Positions 14,530 to 27,500 of a DNA stretch of 64,000 nucleotides are shown piece by piece. The position numbers and the translations under genes were made by a program. Position 1 is the first letter of the stretch; each line of letters starts with the position of its first letter. Origin of the DNA: Octopus sinensis (lineage: Eukaryota); the NCBI RefSeq assembly GCF_006345805.1, contig NC_042999.1:106206001-106270000 (forward strand). Reading direction: 5' to 3'. The notes below the pieces were generated by a model. It worked only from the letters and a program-made list of their open reading frames with translations. It made no database searches and had not been told where the DNA came from.

Positions 14530-15600
14530 TGTTATTACGAAGAACCTCGTCTAATATGTGGCACTTGGTGAAGAATGGAGTTTGATATAGCTACTCTCAT
14601 TTGCACCTCTTGCCGTGAGGTAGGTTCATCTGGCACTCTTGATGTTTCTTTCGCGTAATGAAAGAAGGCCTTTGGGTTTGATTTAATGTTTTTTTAAAAC
14701 CCAGGCTTCTTTGTCTGTTTTCTCCTTCACATATGATTGTTGCAGCCTTTTTTCGATCTCCATCAGTGTTGTTTTTAGGCGGGACGTTTCGCTACTTTTG
14801 GGATGTTCGTTGAGACGATATGCAACCTTTGTCCGTCGTCTCATGAGGATCTTCCTGTCTCTTGGAATCTTGCTCCTATTTGTTTTGGCCTTGTGCTCTG
14901 GGACATATTTCTGGCATACGGCTTGCACAGAAGACATGAAACATTCTAGTTCTATGTCATTGTCTGGTTTGGAGAGACATTCCGTCCAGTCCTCTCTGAG
15001 GATCTCTTTTTGGATCGATTTCCAATCTGCTTTGTTGAAGTTCAGATTGGAGAGATTTCTGGTGCTTCCTTTAGGCTGTATGTCTCTGGTTACTTTTGGC
15101 CCAAACCTAGACAGCTCTACTATGTTGTGATCCGAAACTGATGTCGGTGTCACTTTCACATCATGAATGATGTCCATATTGTTCGTGAAGCAGAGATCCA
15201 GAATGTTATTCGCCCTAGTTGGCTTGAGTACAACTTGCTCCATTGGTGAGGTTGAGCAGGGACTCCACCTGTACTTGCTTGCAATGATTCATTCCTGAGT
15301 GTATGTGATCTTCGGGCCATTTGACGTTGGGGAAGTTGAAATCACCCATAAGAAATATGGTCACGTGGTGTTCCAGATTTATGAGGATTTCTTTAATTCT
15401 TATGAGGCAATCTTCAATCTTGCCTATGTGATTTGGGGCATCAGGTGGGCAATATGTATTGCATATGACTATATTGTGTTGTCTTATGTATATAATTAAA
15501 GTGTCACATACCAAATATGAGTATGTCATTAAGACCTGGGGTGTGAGGTCATCTCGGATGTATACAGCAACTCCACGATAGCTCCTTTCCCTTCTGTCTG
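14530..15600 (-). mobile_element. CR1/Jockey-group LINE APE endonuclease fragment
   Basis: RGVAVYIRDD...IVICNTYCPP...LMGDFNFPNVKW...QVVLKPTRANNILDLCFTN...SDHNIV...NFNKADW...IKSNPKAFFHYAK. Confidence 0.92.
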
Positions 15601-16854
15601 TTATATATATATATAACCGTAATGGGAGCCTTAACTCCCAAATTTTAGTCATTTCTTTTTTTATCCAAAACTAGGTTAAAAGTACTGAATGGATCTTTAT
15701 GACATTTGGAAATTATATTCTATGCATAAGGGCCATAATCCCCATGACAAATCATATATTTTTACTGTTGAGGAAATTTTAACCATAGATATTAGACACA
15801 AATGAAGTAATATTTATAAAACTTCGTCTTCTTACAAGTTATAAACACCCCTCCATGCGGACTCAACATCCATAATTTTGTCATTTTATCAAAGCAAAAA
15901 CGAATACAGTTGTGCTCTTTGAAGCTGTAGGGTTACCCGAGTATAAAAGCTGAGCATTATTTCTAATTCAATGGTACAACAATGTAACAGTTTGCTTTGA
16001 CATGCACTTACATTGTGATTTCTGCAATGTGGTGCATAAATTGTCAAGTAAATGAGAGGCATTTTTGCCTCCACTGATTCAGTTGCAAAGTGTTGGGTAA
16101 AGTTATTTGATTGCAAACCTCCTTTCAGTTTTTTTATTATCACTCGGTCACACATAGTCCCCAGATGGTAACATTGATTACAAGGCCTTCACAGGTGAGT
16201 GACTGGTTATTCAAAGACATTTATAGATTGTGAATTTAGTCTGTCCAGTTACATATCAGTATAGTGGTCATTTGCAAACTCCAACTTTCTCCTTAGCGCT
16301 CACGTCAGACAGTTGTTAATGTTTATTCCAGTTGGGTCACGCCCTCCCAATTGCTATAAATTCGTAATGCATCTTACTGCTGTGCCTGTCACCTGGATGG
16401 TGAGAAATCCTACACTGGGAGTGCTAACGACAAGGGTACTATAGCTGACTGCTTATTGTGATCATTCGTCTTTTGGTTTCCTGTATCTTTGCTCTCTTTT
16501 ACAAACCCAGTGAACATATATTTCCTATTTCAAAGAAATTCAAACAATAGATATAAGACCCAAGTAAAAAAGATTCTCAACGATTCAACTTATGTGGTTG
16601 ATATTAAGATGCCCATCCCCAACAGGGGCCTTAACTCTCACATTTTAGAGCTCTATGACCTTCATTTTTCAGGAGCAAAATCTTTTTAACAGGTTCAATA
16701 AAACTGGAATTTTGGAATATGCGCATAAAAATCAGTAATGTGGGAAATGTGTGGCACGATTACAATTTTTAGGGGGTGTGTAAAGAGGGAAATAACCCTC
16801 ATCTGCAATTTTGATGAAATTCGAAACATAGATATTCCAGTTCATTAGAGAATA

Positions 16855-18014
16855 TCTCTCTCTATATAAACGGCAGTTTGTCTGTCTGTGTGTCTATGTG
16901 TCTGTCAGGTTGTACCCTCACCCTGACATCAGCTTTCAACCGATTCTGATGAAACTTGACACACACATAGCCCAATGTCATAATTCAAAACTAACGCAGT
17001 GAAAATTTTGAAAAGTTCCCCCAGTTTTTAAAATAATCGATAAATTCGACATGGGGTCGAGAATCTAAGCTTTTTATATGCAACACATTTTCTATGGTAG
17101 TTTTCGCAACTTGAAATCGATTTTCACCAACCTCATTTGAAGCTTTATGTTACCCTAAGAAACTTAATTCTGAGGTTATTTTTCCATGCAATACCTTACC
17201 ATCAGAAAAAATCGATAAAATCATGCCATTTTGGGAAATCGCGTTCAAATTCAAGATGACATATTTTCGACAATATCATTCACAAATTGGCAGGAATTTT
17301 CTTTTAAATTCACAGCGAGCGTCATGTCTGCTCCAAGGAGCTATATGGCCCTTTTTATTCCAATAGGATACTTTATTACTGGAAAAAATCGGTTAATTAA
17401 ATCATATGTGGCACACATAACAAACCGATTTGTGTATTAAACACAAACCACAGACTGTCTAGGAGACGCAACCCGACCTTTTTAACTCTCGGAACACGTG
17501 GGGTAAGTATCCCAAAATGTATAAAAATGTACAAAAACGGCAAAAAAGCGGGCAGCAATGTGAGTGACAACAACGAAAAAGTCAAAAGTGACCAAACTGA
17601 ATAAACGAATGGAAAAGTTTTTTTGGTGCACACGACAAAAGCGGTTTATAATTAACCAAGAGTTTGCAAGTAGCGTCCGAGGAATCTCAGGGTACGTCAA
17701 AAATTTAAGGTAAAACGTTTGGGGTGGTAGTTATAAAGAAAGCTGAAACAAAAAAAGTATTCGAATAACTTGCGGTTGCAGCAGCTATTAGCATAAGTGG
17801 CGGTGTGGGGGTAAAGTCCTCGAATGTAATTCTTTCCTGGTAGGATTGGTGGGTTGAATTATCGATAGCTCTTTGATAGTTATTTGGGAGTGAAGAGAAG
17901 ACATTGCAACCTACACATGCGCCTTCGTTCCCTAGAAGGAAAGGACTAGATTGGGATTAGTCGTTGCCTACTAGGGGCTTTACATACCCGGGCAACGCCG
18001 GGCTATGCTGCTAG
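16855..18014 (+). mobile_element. Complete non-autonomous Helitron (~1160 bp)
   Basis: A|TC 5' end (a16854, tctctctctatataaa); subterminal hairpin cccgg-gcaacg-ccggg at 17987-18002; CTAG at 18011-18014 followed by T. Inserted in an A|T dinucleotide without TSD. Confidence 0.88.
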
Positions 18015-18050
18015 TATAACAGAAAAGTCTAATCTTGAATTGCATGCTAG

Positions 18051-18083
<33 letters not shown>

Positions 18084-18559
18084 ATATATATATATTATAT
18101 ATACATGATATGTATGTTTATGTGTATAAGTTTGGATGTATGGTGAATAGGATGAAAACGATGGCCTCTTTCTTTCAGAGAATATTTTATATTAGGTCAT
18201 TGTGCGATGAGACTCATACGATATGTTATTTTAATGACTGTTAATACTCTTCAATTAAAGTTTAAAAATCAATAAAATACATTTTTAAATGGTATTGAAA
18301 TTCTAGATCACGAACGACATTCTTTTTTCCATACTGAATTCATATATTTGGTGAAGGGCACGACACTGTCTCAGGCAACGTGGTCACTCTAACAACTATA
18401 CTGACGTTCTTCAAGATGCATACCGTGAAGTCTTGGAAAAGAATAGCTCCATAGACAACCTACTTTTCGAGACACAATGACTGAAAATGCAAATGTGCAT
18501 GGTTACGTGTACAAGACCATTGGCAATATATATATCTTATCATGGCTAAATTTCGTGTT

Positions 18560-19560
18560 TGCTTTGATCCTTTGAGAGTTTTGGCCAAGTATGTCTCGGT
18601 TCATTTTAACCAAGTCGAACCACGTACCTGTCTGGTACGTTTTTATACACTTTTTGGTTGTTTCCATTTTGAAGTATTAGCATATATTATATTAGATAAA
18701 ACTGCCCACTCGATCATATCTGTATATATATTTACATTTGCCTAGAGCTGTGCAGCCAACAGTTCCATAGCACTGATTGCACATTCTACATTTGGTGTTA
18801 GAATCAGTTTTCAGTACTTTTCCCCTAGAATTGTCTATAATCAAGCATTGGTATTTTGTAGCTAGAATCGATTGTTCAGTTTCTACATTTAAGGTTCACT
18901 TTGGTTTACATCTCTGTTTAGTCTTGCAGGGTATCGATTCTGGAGGGGCTTTTCTCTCCTTTTCATATTAAGTGTATTTAGTAAAGTCTCATTGTTATTA
19001 TCATTGTTAGCCTTGTTGCTTTGATAACTATTTTGGTGTCGTATTTGCAATTGTAATTTCATAGCATAAAATCGATATAAAATACGTTTTTATATCTATT
19101 TATCTCTTATTATAGATAACTGGTTTAGCCTTTTATGTGGCAGGTGATTTTTACATCTCTTCTGAATTGTATCATCCGAATATTTCACAACTGAAATAAT
19201 GTGATCATCGAAAAATCTTATCATAATATCATTTATATGGTGCCACAATATCATCCGTAATTCCCAGTCGCTGACTACTTAGACGGCCTTCTTCGTTGAA
19301 ACTGATGTTTAGAAATTCAACTGATACTTCACAAATAGCTTCATTGAATTAGTGTAATGTGCTGAATCAAGAGCAGATACAAACAAATATTTAATCCCTC
19401 TCATTAAATTTTCACTCTTGTATCCCTCCCAGGACGACACTTAATTCTTTCATATCCTTGATGTCTTCGTAGATCTGTGCATTCAACTGCATCTCTCCTA
19501 TGGCCTCATATTATTCAAATTTATTCCCCTTTGAGTGCATGTTACTTGTCCGCAAGTAGA
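18560..19560 (-). mobile_element. R4/Dong-like (RLE-type) non-LTR retrotransposon fragments, highly decayed
   Basis: Reverse frames give KPLQNRYP (cf. KPLHGQY), ETEQSILATKYQ...TKCRMCNQC...YDRVG (zinc-knuckle region) and post-RT NLMRGIKYLFVS. Confidence 0.6.
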
Positions 19561-19589
19561 TGTTAGTGGTTTTTCAACAATATTTCGTT

Positions 19590-21000
19590 TCACTGCTCAG
19601 ACCTCTCTACCGGAAAGCAGAGTGGACATTTTCTGCCTACATCCACCGCCTATCGCAGATCTCGATGATTGAAGCGGAGCGTTGCATAAAACGATGAAAG
19701 CGTCTGAGAAACTGGAAATAATGTTTATGTGCATGATGAGAAAACTACCTGGTTTGGATGGTCTGCTCTTTCAGTTTTAATTTTATATGCCAGTTTTGTT
19801 TGGAGGACCAGGCAGATATGTACCTCAACTGCCAGCAGAACTGTTGAATTCCTATATTTGTGAATCAACTAAATGTGGGGCTGTTGAAAAAGTATGCATA
19901 CAAGGGAGATTACATCCATGTTTTACGGCCCACAACTCTGTAAGAAACAGATTTCAAAATTTTGTTTAAAATGCTATCCAAGAGTTTGGCGCATGTCGTC
20001 AATAGCATGATTGATGATTGCAAATACACGCTTCTACGCATGACAAGTTCCACCTCATGCAATACATCATAGAAAGGGTTATTTGTAGGCTGGCCCCTTG
20101 GCCCGATTATATTAAGCGAAAATCCCTATAGTTTCGATTACAAATGCTTAGCGACTGTCCTCACATCGGCTTGTTTCGTTCCCGTCTTTTTTGGTTGAAT
20201 ACCGCAATGTACTGTGGTATCTGATTGGTGGTTATGGTTTCTGTCATTCGTTTCTTCTGTATATAATGACATTTGAGATACTACCACGGAAACTAAAGAC
20301 GTTGAGGAGTATCTTGCGTAAATTAATACAAGTGTTGAGATTGGGCACTTGTCCTAGAGACCAGGTTGATCGTGGTTTTGTGGGATATGTAGTCTTCAGA
20401 TTTTTTTTACGAATCTGCATTTCTTTTTGACGGACCGGATTCGATGAACGAATAAGTATGGAGCCTGACATCTAAAATATTGCCATGCACTCGCGGCCTT
20501 CTTCCAGTCGAGCAAAACGATCTGTGTAAGTTGTACGCTAGTAATATATTGAAATATACTGGTGGATAACAGAGATGATGTTTTCGGAGAAATTCAAGGT
20601 GGCGATGAGGATCAACTAGCTGGTCTATTTCGGAAGGCATTTGGGTCCGATACTACCATGGATAACTTCCAGAAATCCCTAGGCAGTCAGTGTTACAGAG
20701 AAGCACTGCCAGTTCGAGATAATCACTCCAAGCACGGAAGCGCTATGAGGTGAGAAAGTCTGAGATGCGCGCAGAGCGATGATACCGCTTTATATGCAGT
20801 CATGCAGTGTCTTGTTATCGTGTGTGCTACGAATCTGACTATTGGCTGAATCCATCGTGGGGTTCCCATCACCACCCGCCTTTAATAAGGCAGTGCTAGT
20901 GGTGTTCCTCTACTTAGTGGCTATGGCGAAAGAGATTGTGTGGTGAAGGAGGCTGGAAGCATTGAGAAAAGACACCTTCCTCTTCGTTCAAACTCACAAC
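19590..21000 (+). mobile_element. Tx1/L1-clade LINE ORF2, highly decayed with internal deletions
   Basis: RKLPGLDGL; RPTTL*ETDFKILFKMLSKSLAHVVNSMI; C-terminal SLGSQCYREALPVRD...LRCAQSDDTALYAVMQC. Confidence 0.82.
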
Positions 21001-21432
21001 GACTTCTTAAAGATTTTATCTTGAAAAACAAAGAGAGGGTGAAGAGTGAAGTATTGCCATCCAGCGTATTTGTGAACCGTAGGTGAAAGTGATAAAAATG
21101 TTTAGAGTTAATGGCCCTACTCTGTGTATGCGCCTGTATATTAGAGTGCAGGAGGTTCTCGTACCTTTGGTGATCAGAGCAATACTCGATCTGTGAGGTT
21201 CCTTCATTGGCCCTAGTTGAAGTCTCTTTTGTATCATGAGGACTGCATCATTCATGTTATCAAATTCTTTGTGTACTATGTACACATTTATCATATTTCA
21301 CTGGCTTTTCTACTTGATACTCTTCTCGCCATCCTTCATTGACAATCTCACATAAACTGCTGCCTGTCTTGGTCATGCCCCCCTCATCTATGACGCTGTT
21401 TCTAATAATAGAAATTATCATCATCATCATCG

Positions 21433-21775
21433 TTGGCAAAGTGGCGAGCTGGCAGAATCGCTAGCGGTATTTCGTAGGCCGATACGTTCTGAGTTCAAAT
21501 TCCGCCGAGGTCGACTTCACCTTTCATTCTTTCGGGGTCGATTAAATAAGTACCAGGTACGCACTGGGGTCGATTTAATCGACATAATCTCTTTGTCCTC
21601 TCTGTGTTTAACCCCTTGTGAGTAGTAAAGAAATAGGTATTTCGTCCGTCTTTACATTCTGAGTTCAGATTCCGCCGAGGGCGGCTTTGCCTTTCATCCT
21701 GTCGGAGTCGATAAAATAAGTGCCAGTTGAACACTGAGGTCTATGTAATTCATTTATCCGCACACCCAAAATTTG
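21433..21775 (+). mobile_element. Two tandem tRNA-derived SINE copies
   Basis: ggcgagctggcagaatcg...gttctgagttcaaattccgccgaggtcgac...cggggtcgat...aagtaccag...ctggggtcgat; the body repeats from ~21635. Confidence 0.92.
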
Positions 21776-21780
21776 CGTCA

Positions 21781-21784
21781 TAAC

Positions 21785-21848
<64 letters not shown>

Positions 21849-21895
21849 TTATTATTATTATTATTATTATATCGTTATCATTACTATTATTATTT
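21781..21895. repeat. (TTA)n microsatellite
   Basis: Directly visible. Confidence 0.95.
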
Positions 21896-22561
21896 AATTA
21901 ACGGGCAAGTTGTTTATGCAATTATAGGAAATTGACTCTTCATTGTTATCTACTGGCATTTATTTTAACTTTTCTGAAAGATAAAAGTCAAAATCAACAG
22001 ACAGGAATTTAAGTCATGATGTCATAAAACACAATGCAATTCACTATAAAACATCTAGCATGGCTCGCTAATACCAGGGTTAAAATTAAATCGATCGTCT
22101 GGAGATAACTAAATATGTGGCTATGGCTAACATGCTCTGCTGATGCCCTGATATAAAAGCAAGCGCAATATAACATTAAAATAACAACCAAAACACTGTC
22201 TAAGACTTCAAAGTGATAGAGGAAATTTAAAAGGTGATATCCTGTAAACAACATATCAAAGACAAACACTACTAAATTGAGAACACAGACTGGTTTCAAT
22301 TACCATGAAACAGTGAACCAGATGTAATAGTTAACAGTATTAGGAGAAATTGACTGCACTGAGAAGAAATATTTAAACACATATATTTCATAGACACACA
22401 TGCTCGACCACATGCGCTCATATGTATACAATCATTTAGTTATTTCGTTATGATAAAAAGCAATTTGGAAGCATTAGTCTAATCTTTTCCTCTTTTAATC
22501 AAATCATACAGAGAGCATCACTAAATGGAAAGTATATCTGTAATGTGTTTGCTTTTCTTTC

Positions 22562-22622
<61 letters not shown>

Positions 22623-22643
22623 ATTTATGTATGTATGTATATA

Positions 22644-22712
<69 letters not shown>

Positions 22713-23399
22713 TTATATATATGATATAAATATGCAGTCTGTTCCAGCTAAATGAAAGCGAAACTGCGCATTACGTCATTGCGCATGCTTCTACCACGAT
22801 GATCGGCTTGCTAGAAATAGCAGTGGGATTAAAAAATATTCACCCTCTTATCACGTTAAGCATTGTAGTAATTTTTACATAAATAGACCGATTGGCGTAG
22901 CTGGAAACATTTGGGTATATTATTGCTTTTTGTAGACTGTATGGTGCTTAACATAACATTTGGCACAATCGATATACAAGATGCTTTTATTTGCTACCCA
23001 GTCCTGTCGAATGAGTATAACGAAGATACAAAGAAAAATTATCATACTTAAGTTACATGAGCTTTCCGTTTGCCCTCTAAAGAGCGCTTGGTGACACACC
23101 TCGCCAGCATGTGGAATGATAAAGTTATCGACATTCACTCGTGTCTCGTGTTTATTCTTGCGCTGCAAAAGGTGTACAACGTTAGCACCACTTAGTCGAC
23201 GTATAATTAGATGAGATTTTACTGTGGACATGAGGCTTTTTGTGACTCCACAGAATTTCAAAACGATTCTAGTGTACTATCTGGGAAGCACTCCGTCGGT
23301 TAGACGATGAGGGAGTGTACTATCACTGACGTTATGAATAGAAAACCAGCTGATAAACACTTAGCAATACACACTTAGAAAATCAGATAATATGGGCAT

Positions 23400-24170
23400 C
23401 CAGATAATACATTGTCAATTGTTTCGTCATAGGTACCACAGTCTATGCACTTAGGGTCTGCTCCACTTTTAAAGACATTAGCTTAATACACTTATATTAA
23501 GCAGCAAGTATAAATCTCTCTGCATTTGCCTTCAACCACAAACTCTGCATCCACTTGTGGGTTTGTGTTTGGCCTACATCATCTTCCTAGATGCAAATTG
23601 GATATTGGTGATGCATAGGTTTCTGCTGCCATGCATATTTTAAAGTTTTAAGTACTGCTTTTGATTGCATCCTAAGTATTTTGGCTGCCTTTGTTGGTAT
23701 TAGATCAGCTTCATCAGCATATTCTATTTCTGAAAAGCTTAACTCTACTCTATATTTCTCAGATTATTTGTTTGTAAGATAGATTTTTCTCCTCTGACGT
23801 GTATTATCTCCAATATCGTCTAATTATTGTTATAGTTCTACTGCAGGCCAATTGCAGTTGTTTAATATTTCTAATTATATCAGCCACTTTCTCGTTCTTT
23901 TCTTCGCAGCTAGAGGCGGTCTATATCAACAATTGGACGGTGCATCTATATTGGCAGTTTCCTGGATTTTGTGTTCCTGGATATCAGCAGTTGATGACAT
24001 TGAAACCATTTGTAAAACCGGTACTGCTAAGGTATTAATAGATTCCATATGTCTTTTTGAGTTCAATGAAACGTTCAAGACAGATTTACATTTCAGCCGT
24101 ATAAATTTCAAGTCCTGTGCTTTATTCAAATTCTGTCAACACAAGCTTTACTATTCAACATTTTAGGGTC
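23400..24170 (-). mobile_element. R4/Dong-like fragment (post-RT region)
   Basis: SINTLAVPVL, DIDRL and KYAWQQKPMHHQYP in reverse frames. Confidence 0.7.
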
Positions 24171-24289
24171 AATAAAATACGTGCCAGGTTTACTCTTGGG
24201 TCGATGTAAACGTCTGGCCTTTCCTCTGAATTACTGCTTTTATGATAACTTTCAATCCATCATCATCATCATTATTATTATTATTATTA

Positions 24290-25076
24290 TTTCTTTGCTT
24301 CTGATGCAGGTATGTCTGTAGTCCTATGGTGCTTATTTTGTAATAGTTTTTCCGCTGTATATGGTGTCTACCACTTTCGACATTTTGTATATATAGCCTT
24401 TCAATGGCAGATTTTACGTGGTGCATCCTAAATCCTGTCATAACTTTTCATGTTTCCCTGCCTATTTTGATTAGTTCATTTAGAGTCCACTTCAGAATAT
24501 TGTAGCTGTAACTTATAACTGGGATGGCTCCAGTGTAGATACCTATTATTTTGTTCTCACATTGAGCTCTGTATTAATCTGTATTAATCTACCTCTATCC
24601 TTTCCTTATCTTCTCTTTCATTTGTGTGGGTTGTATCGTTCCTTGATTTCTAACACATTGTATGTCGGGCTTTGGCTTAATTCTTTTATTTCGTTTGCTT
24701 TATCTAGCCTGGTCTTGTTATTGTTAACTAGTTTTTCATTTTTCAAGGTTGCTTTGGCACATTTTTCGAAGCCAAATTTCAAGATTGTTTCTTTGGTAAA
24801 TCCATGTACTGTCTGTAGCAATGTTTCTAGCTGCTTATCTTTTGTAGCATACATTTTCAGATCATCCATATACAAGAGATGGTTGATTGTTTTGTTGTAA
24901 CTGTTGTATGCACATTCATTTCTGTATAGCATGTCAGATACAGGTCTCAATGCCATGCAGACAAAGAGTAGAGAGAGCGTGTCTACTTGAAGTGTTCCTC
25001 TTCTAATGGGGGTGGCTTTGGTTTTTACGAGTCCCTCTTTCGTCTGGAGCTGTAGTACTGCATGCCAATTGCTCAT
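24290..25076 (-). mobile_element. R4/Dong-like RT fragment
   Basis: IRRGTLQVDTLSLLFVCMAL...INHLLYMDDLKMYA...KFGFEKCAK...MHHVKSAIERLY; terminates in an (AAT)n tract at ~24270-24290. Confidence 0.9.
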
Positions 25077-25079
25077 GGA

Positions 25080-25810
25080 TTGTTTTGCTATTGTTGTTGT
25101 TTTACTTCTCAGAAGGTTCAGTCCTGTTTATTCTGGTAAATTCTGTGAGAGCGGGCTGTAGCCTGCTGTCAGAGGTCTCACTGTCTCTTTCTGCACACTA
25201 TAAGCTTTGATATTTGGTTTTTAATTATCGTGGGAAACATTCGAAATCCAAGTATCAATCTCAAAAGCCTTAGCTGTCCCCAGCATAGCGGCTTTGTGGG
25301 GCATACTCTGCTCTAACGTCAATTCCTATTTCTTTGACATATTTCTTTGTGTTCCGAGTGCTTCTACAACTATTGGAATGGCAGACACTCTGCTCATAAT
25401 CCACATTCGTGCAATTTGATTTTTTAGTAGTCTGTACGTTTCAATATTTTCTAGTTCTTTGTCATTTATACTTGCATCTCCAGGTATTGCAATATCTATG
25501 ATCTTGGCTTCTTTTCTTCCTGTAACTGATACAACACTATCTGGTCTCAGGGCCTCGATTAGGAAGTCACATTAGATTGCAAAATTTCACAGTATTTTAT
25601 GCTCCTTGTTCTCGGTGACTCATTCTGCTTCATGTTCGTACTATTTTCGTGCTCTGTTCAGGCTGTACTTTTCACATAGTCTCCAGTCGACGGACTTAAC
25701 CACATTATCGTGCTTCCTTTTGTAGTACTTTTGGACCAAGTTGCTACAATCACACACAATCTGTAAGATTGTGTCTTTTCACAATATGTGAGATTGTTTC
25801 GTTTACTATT
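25080..25810 (-). mobile_element. R4/Dong-like 3' end with CCHC region and restriction-like endonuclease (RLE)
   Basis: ETISHIV...YKRKHDNVVKSVDWRLCEKY...RPDSVV...AKIIDIAIPGD...IPIVVEALG...KAAMLGTAK, followed by an A/AAC-rich tail. Confidence 0.88.
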
Positions 25811-26100
25811 CTTCCTCTTCTTCTTCTTCTTTTCTTCTTCTTTTCTTCTTCTTCTTCTTCTTCTTCTTCTTCTTCTTCTTCTTCTTCCATCTTCTTCTTC
25901 TTCTTCATCTTCTTCTTCTTCTTCTCTTCTCTTCTCATTCAACTTCTTCTTCTACTTCTCTCTTCTTCTTCTTCTTCATCTTCTTCTTCTTCATCTTCTT
26001 CTTCATCTTCTTCTTCTTCTTCTTCTTCTTCTTTCTTCTCTTCTTCTTCTCCTTCTTTCTTTCTTATTATTTTATTATTATTATTATTATTTTTTATTAT
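25810..26100. repeat. (TTC)n/(TTA)n low-complexity tract
   Basis: Directly visible. Confidence 0.95.
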
Positions 26101-27193
26101 TTATTAAAGAGGAGAGCTGGCAAAATCGATAGCATGGCGGGAAAATATTTTGCGATATTTCTTCCAACTCTTTACGTTCTGAATTTAAATTCTGCCAAGG
26201 TCACCACTGCCATTGTTAATTTCGGTGTCAATAAAATAAGTATCAGTCGAGCACTGAGATTAGTGTAATATAAGGACTTCATTCTCATTAAAAAAATATA
26301 TGAATACGTTCTGTAATTCGAAAATGCTAATATTGTTTTGTTTTGTTTTTTGCAAAAAAGGGCAACAGACAAGTGAAATGTGACTCATAGATAGGTGTAC
26401 CTTACACCCGCAAAGACAAAATTCCAGAGTATATTCATTTCAGTGTCTCTGCTTAGGAGAAATCCAATAGTCGATTCGTGTGAACATAGAGCCATTCAAT
26501 AAGTTTTTCTACTGTTTTCTTCACATCTGACAGTTTCATAATCATCAGCACCATAACGTAGATAGCTTTCCATTAGAGAATATTCCAAAAATGACAATTC
26601 CTCTCTGAAACACTGAGGTGAGAGAGAATTGTGGATATTACCTGTGGGCCCAGATATTAAAGTTATCCAGAAAAGAAAAGGCAGTTAGTTTCTTTGAACG
26701 TCAATTGTAGCAGCTTGAAAATCTTAGTGTTTACATTATGTCTCAATATTCTTACAAAATACAAATTACATAAGAGACAGATTAAAGAATAACAAAAGAT
26801 GGTACATGTATTTAGGATGGAGATAGTCCATCAGCAATAAGTGCTAACAGTAACACATTTCCTTGGTTAGCAAAGATTTTCGAGAATGTAATGTTACCGG
26901 ATTTTTAAAATATGATTGTTCTGGTATTGATATAACTATATGAAATCGCTATAAATTGTTTTGAAAATGATTGCTTTAGTTTGGAATATCAAATCAGTAT
27001 TCCCAGAAATGTTTCTATTGCAGATCCATTAAAACTGAATTGAGCATTAACCAAACTTTTGTAGCATTCTTCTAAACATATTTCTCGGAAATGTATTAAT
27101 AGAGAATTATTGAAGACGTTTCTTCCCAAAAGTCACAATACTCATCTTCCCATTTCCTCCTCTCTTTCTTTCAACGTATAAAACACATGAGTG

Positions 27194-27199
<6 letters not shown>

Positions 27200-27238
<39 letters not shown>

Positions 27239-27244
27239 ATATAT

Positions 27245-27277
<33 letters not shown>

Positions 27278-27357
27278 GATATATATACTATATATATATA
27301 CATATACATATATGTATATATATATATATATATATATTATACATATACGTATGTATG

Positions 27358-27409
<52 letters not shown>

Positions 27410-27500
27410 TTTTATATATATATATATATGTATGTATATAAATATATATACATATGCATGTGTGTGTGTGTGCATGCGTTTACGTACGTGTATGTATACA
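27200..27500. repeat. Compound (CT)n/(TA)n/(TG)n microsatellite
   Basis: Directly visible. Confidence 0.95.

Noticed and set aside
22009-23261. Minus-strand ORFs of 96 aa (hydrophobic) and 113 aa
   Set aside because: No recognisable motif or family similarity; lengths are attainable by chance.
26520-26552. Minus-strand CTGATGA-ttat-GAAA as a hammerhead
   Set aside because: Only 4 nt between the core motifs, so stem II cannot form.
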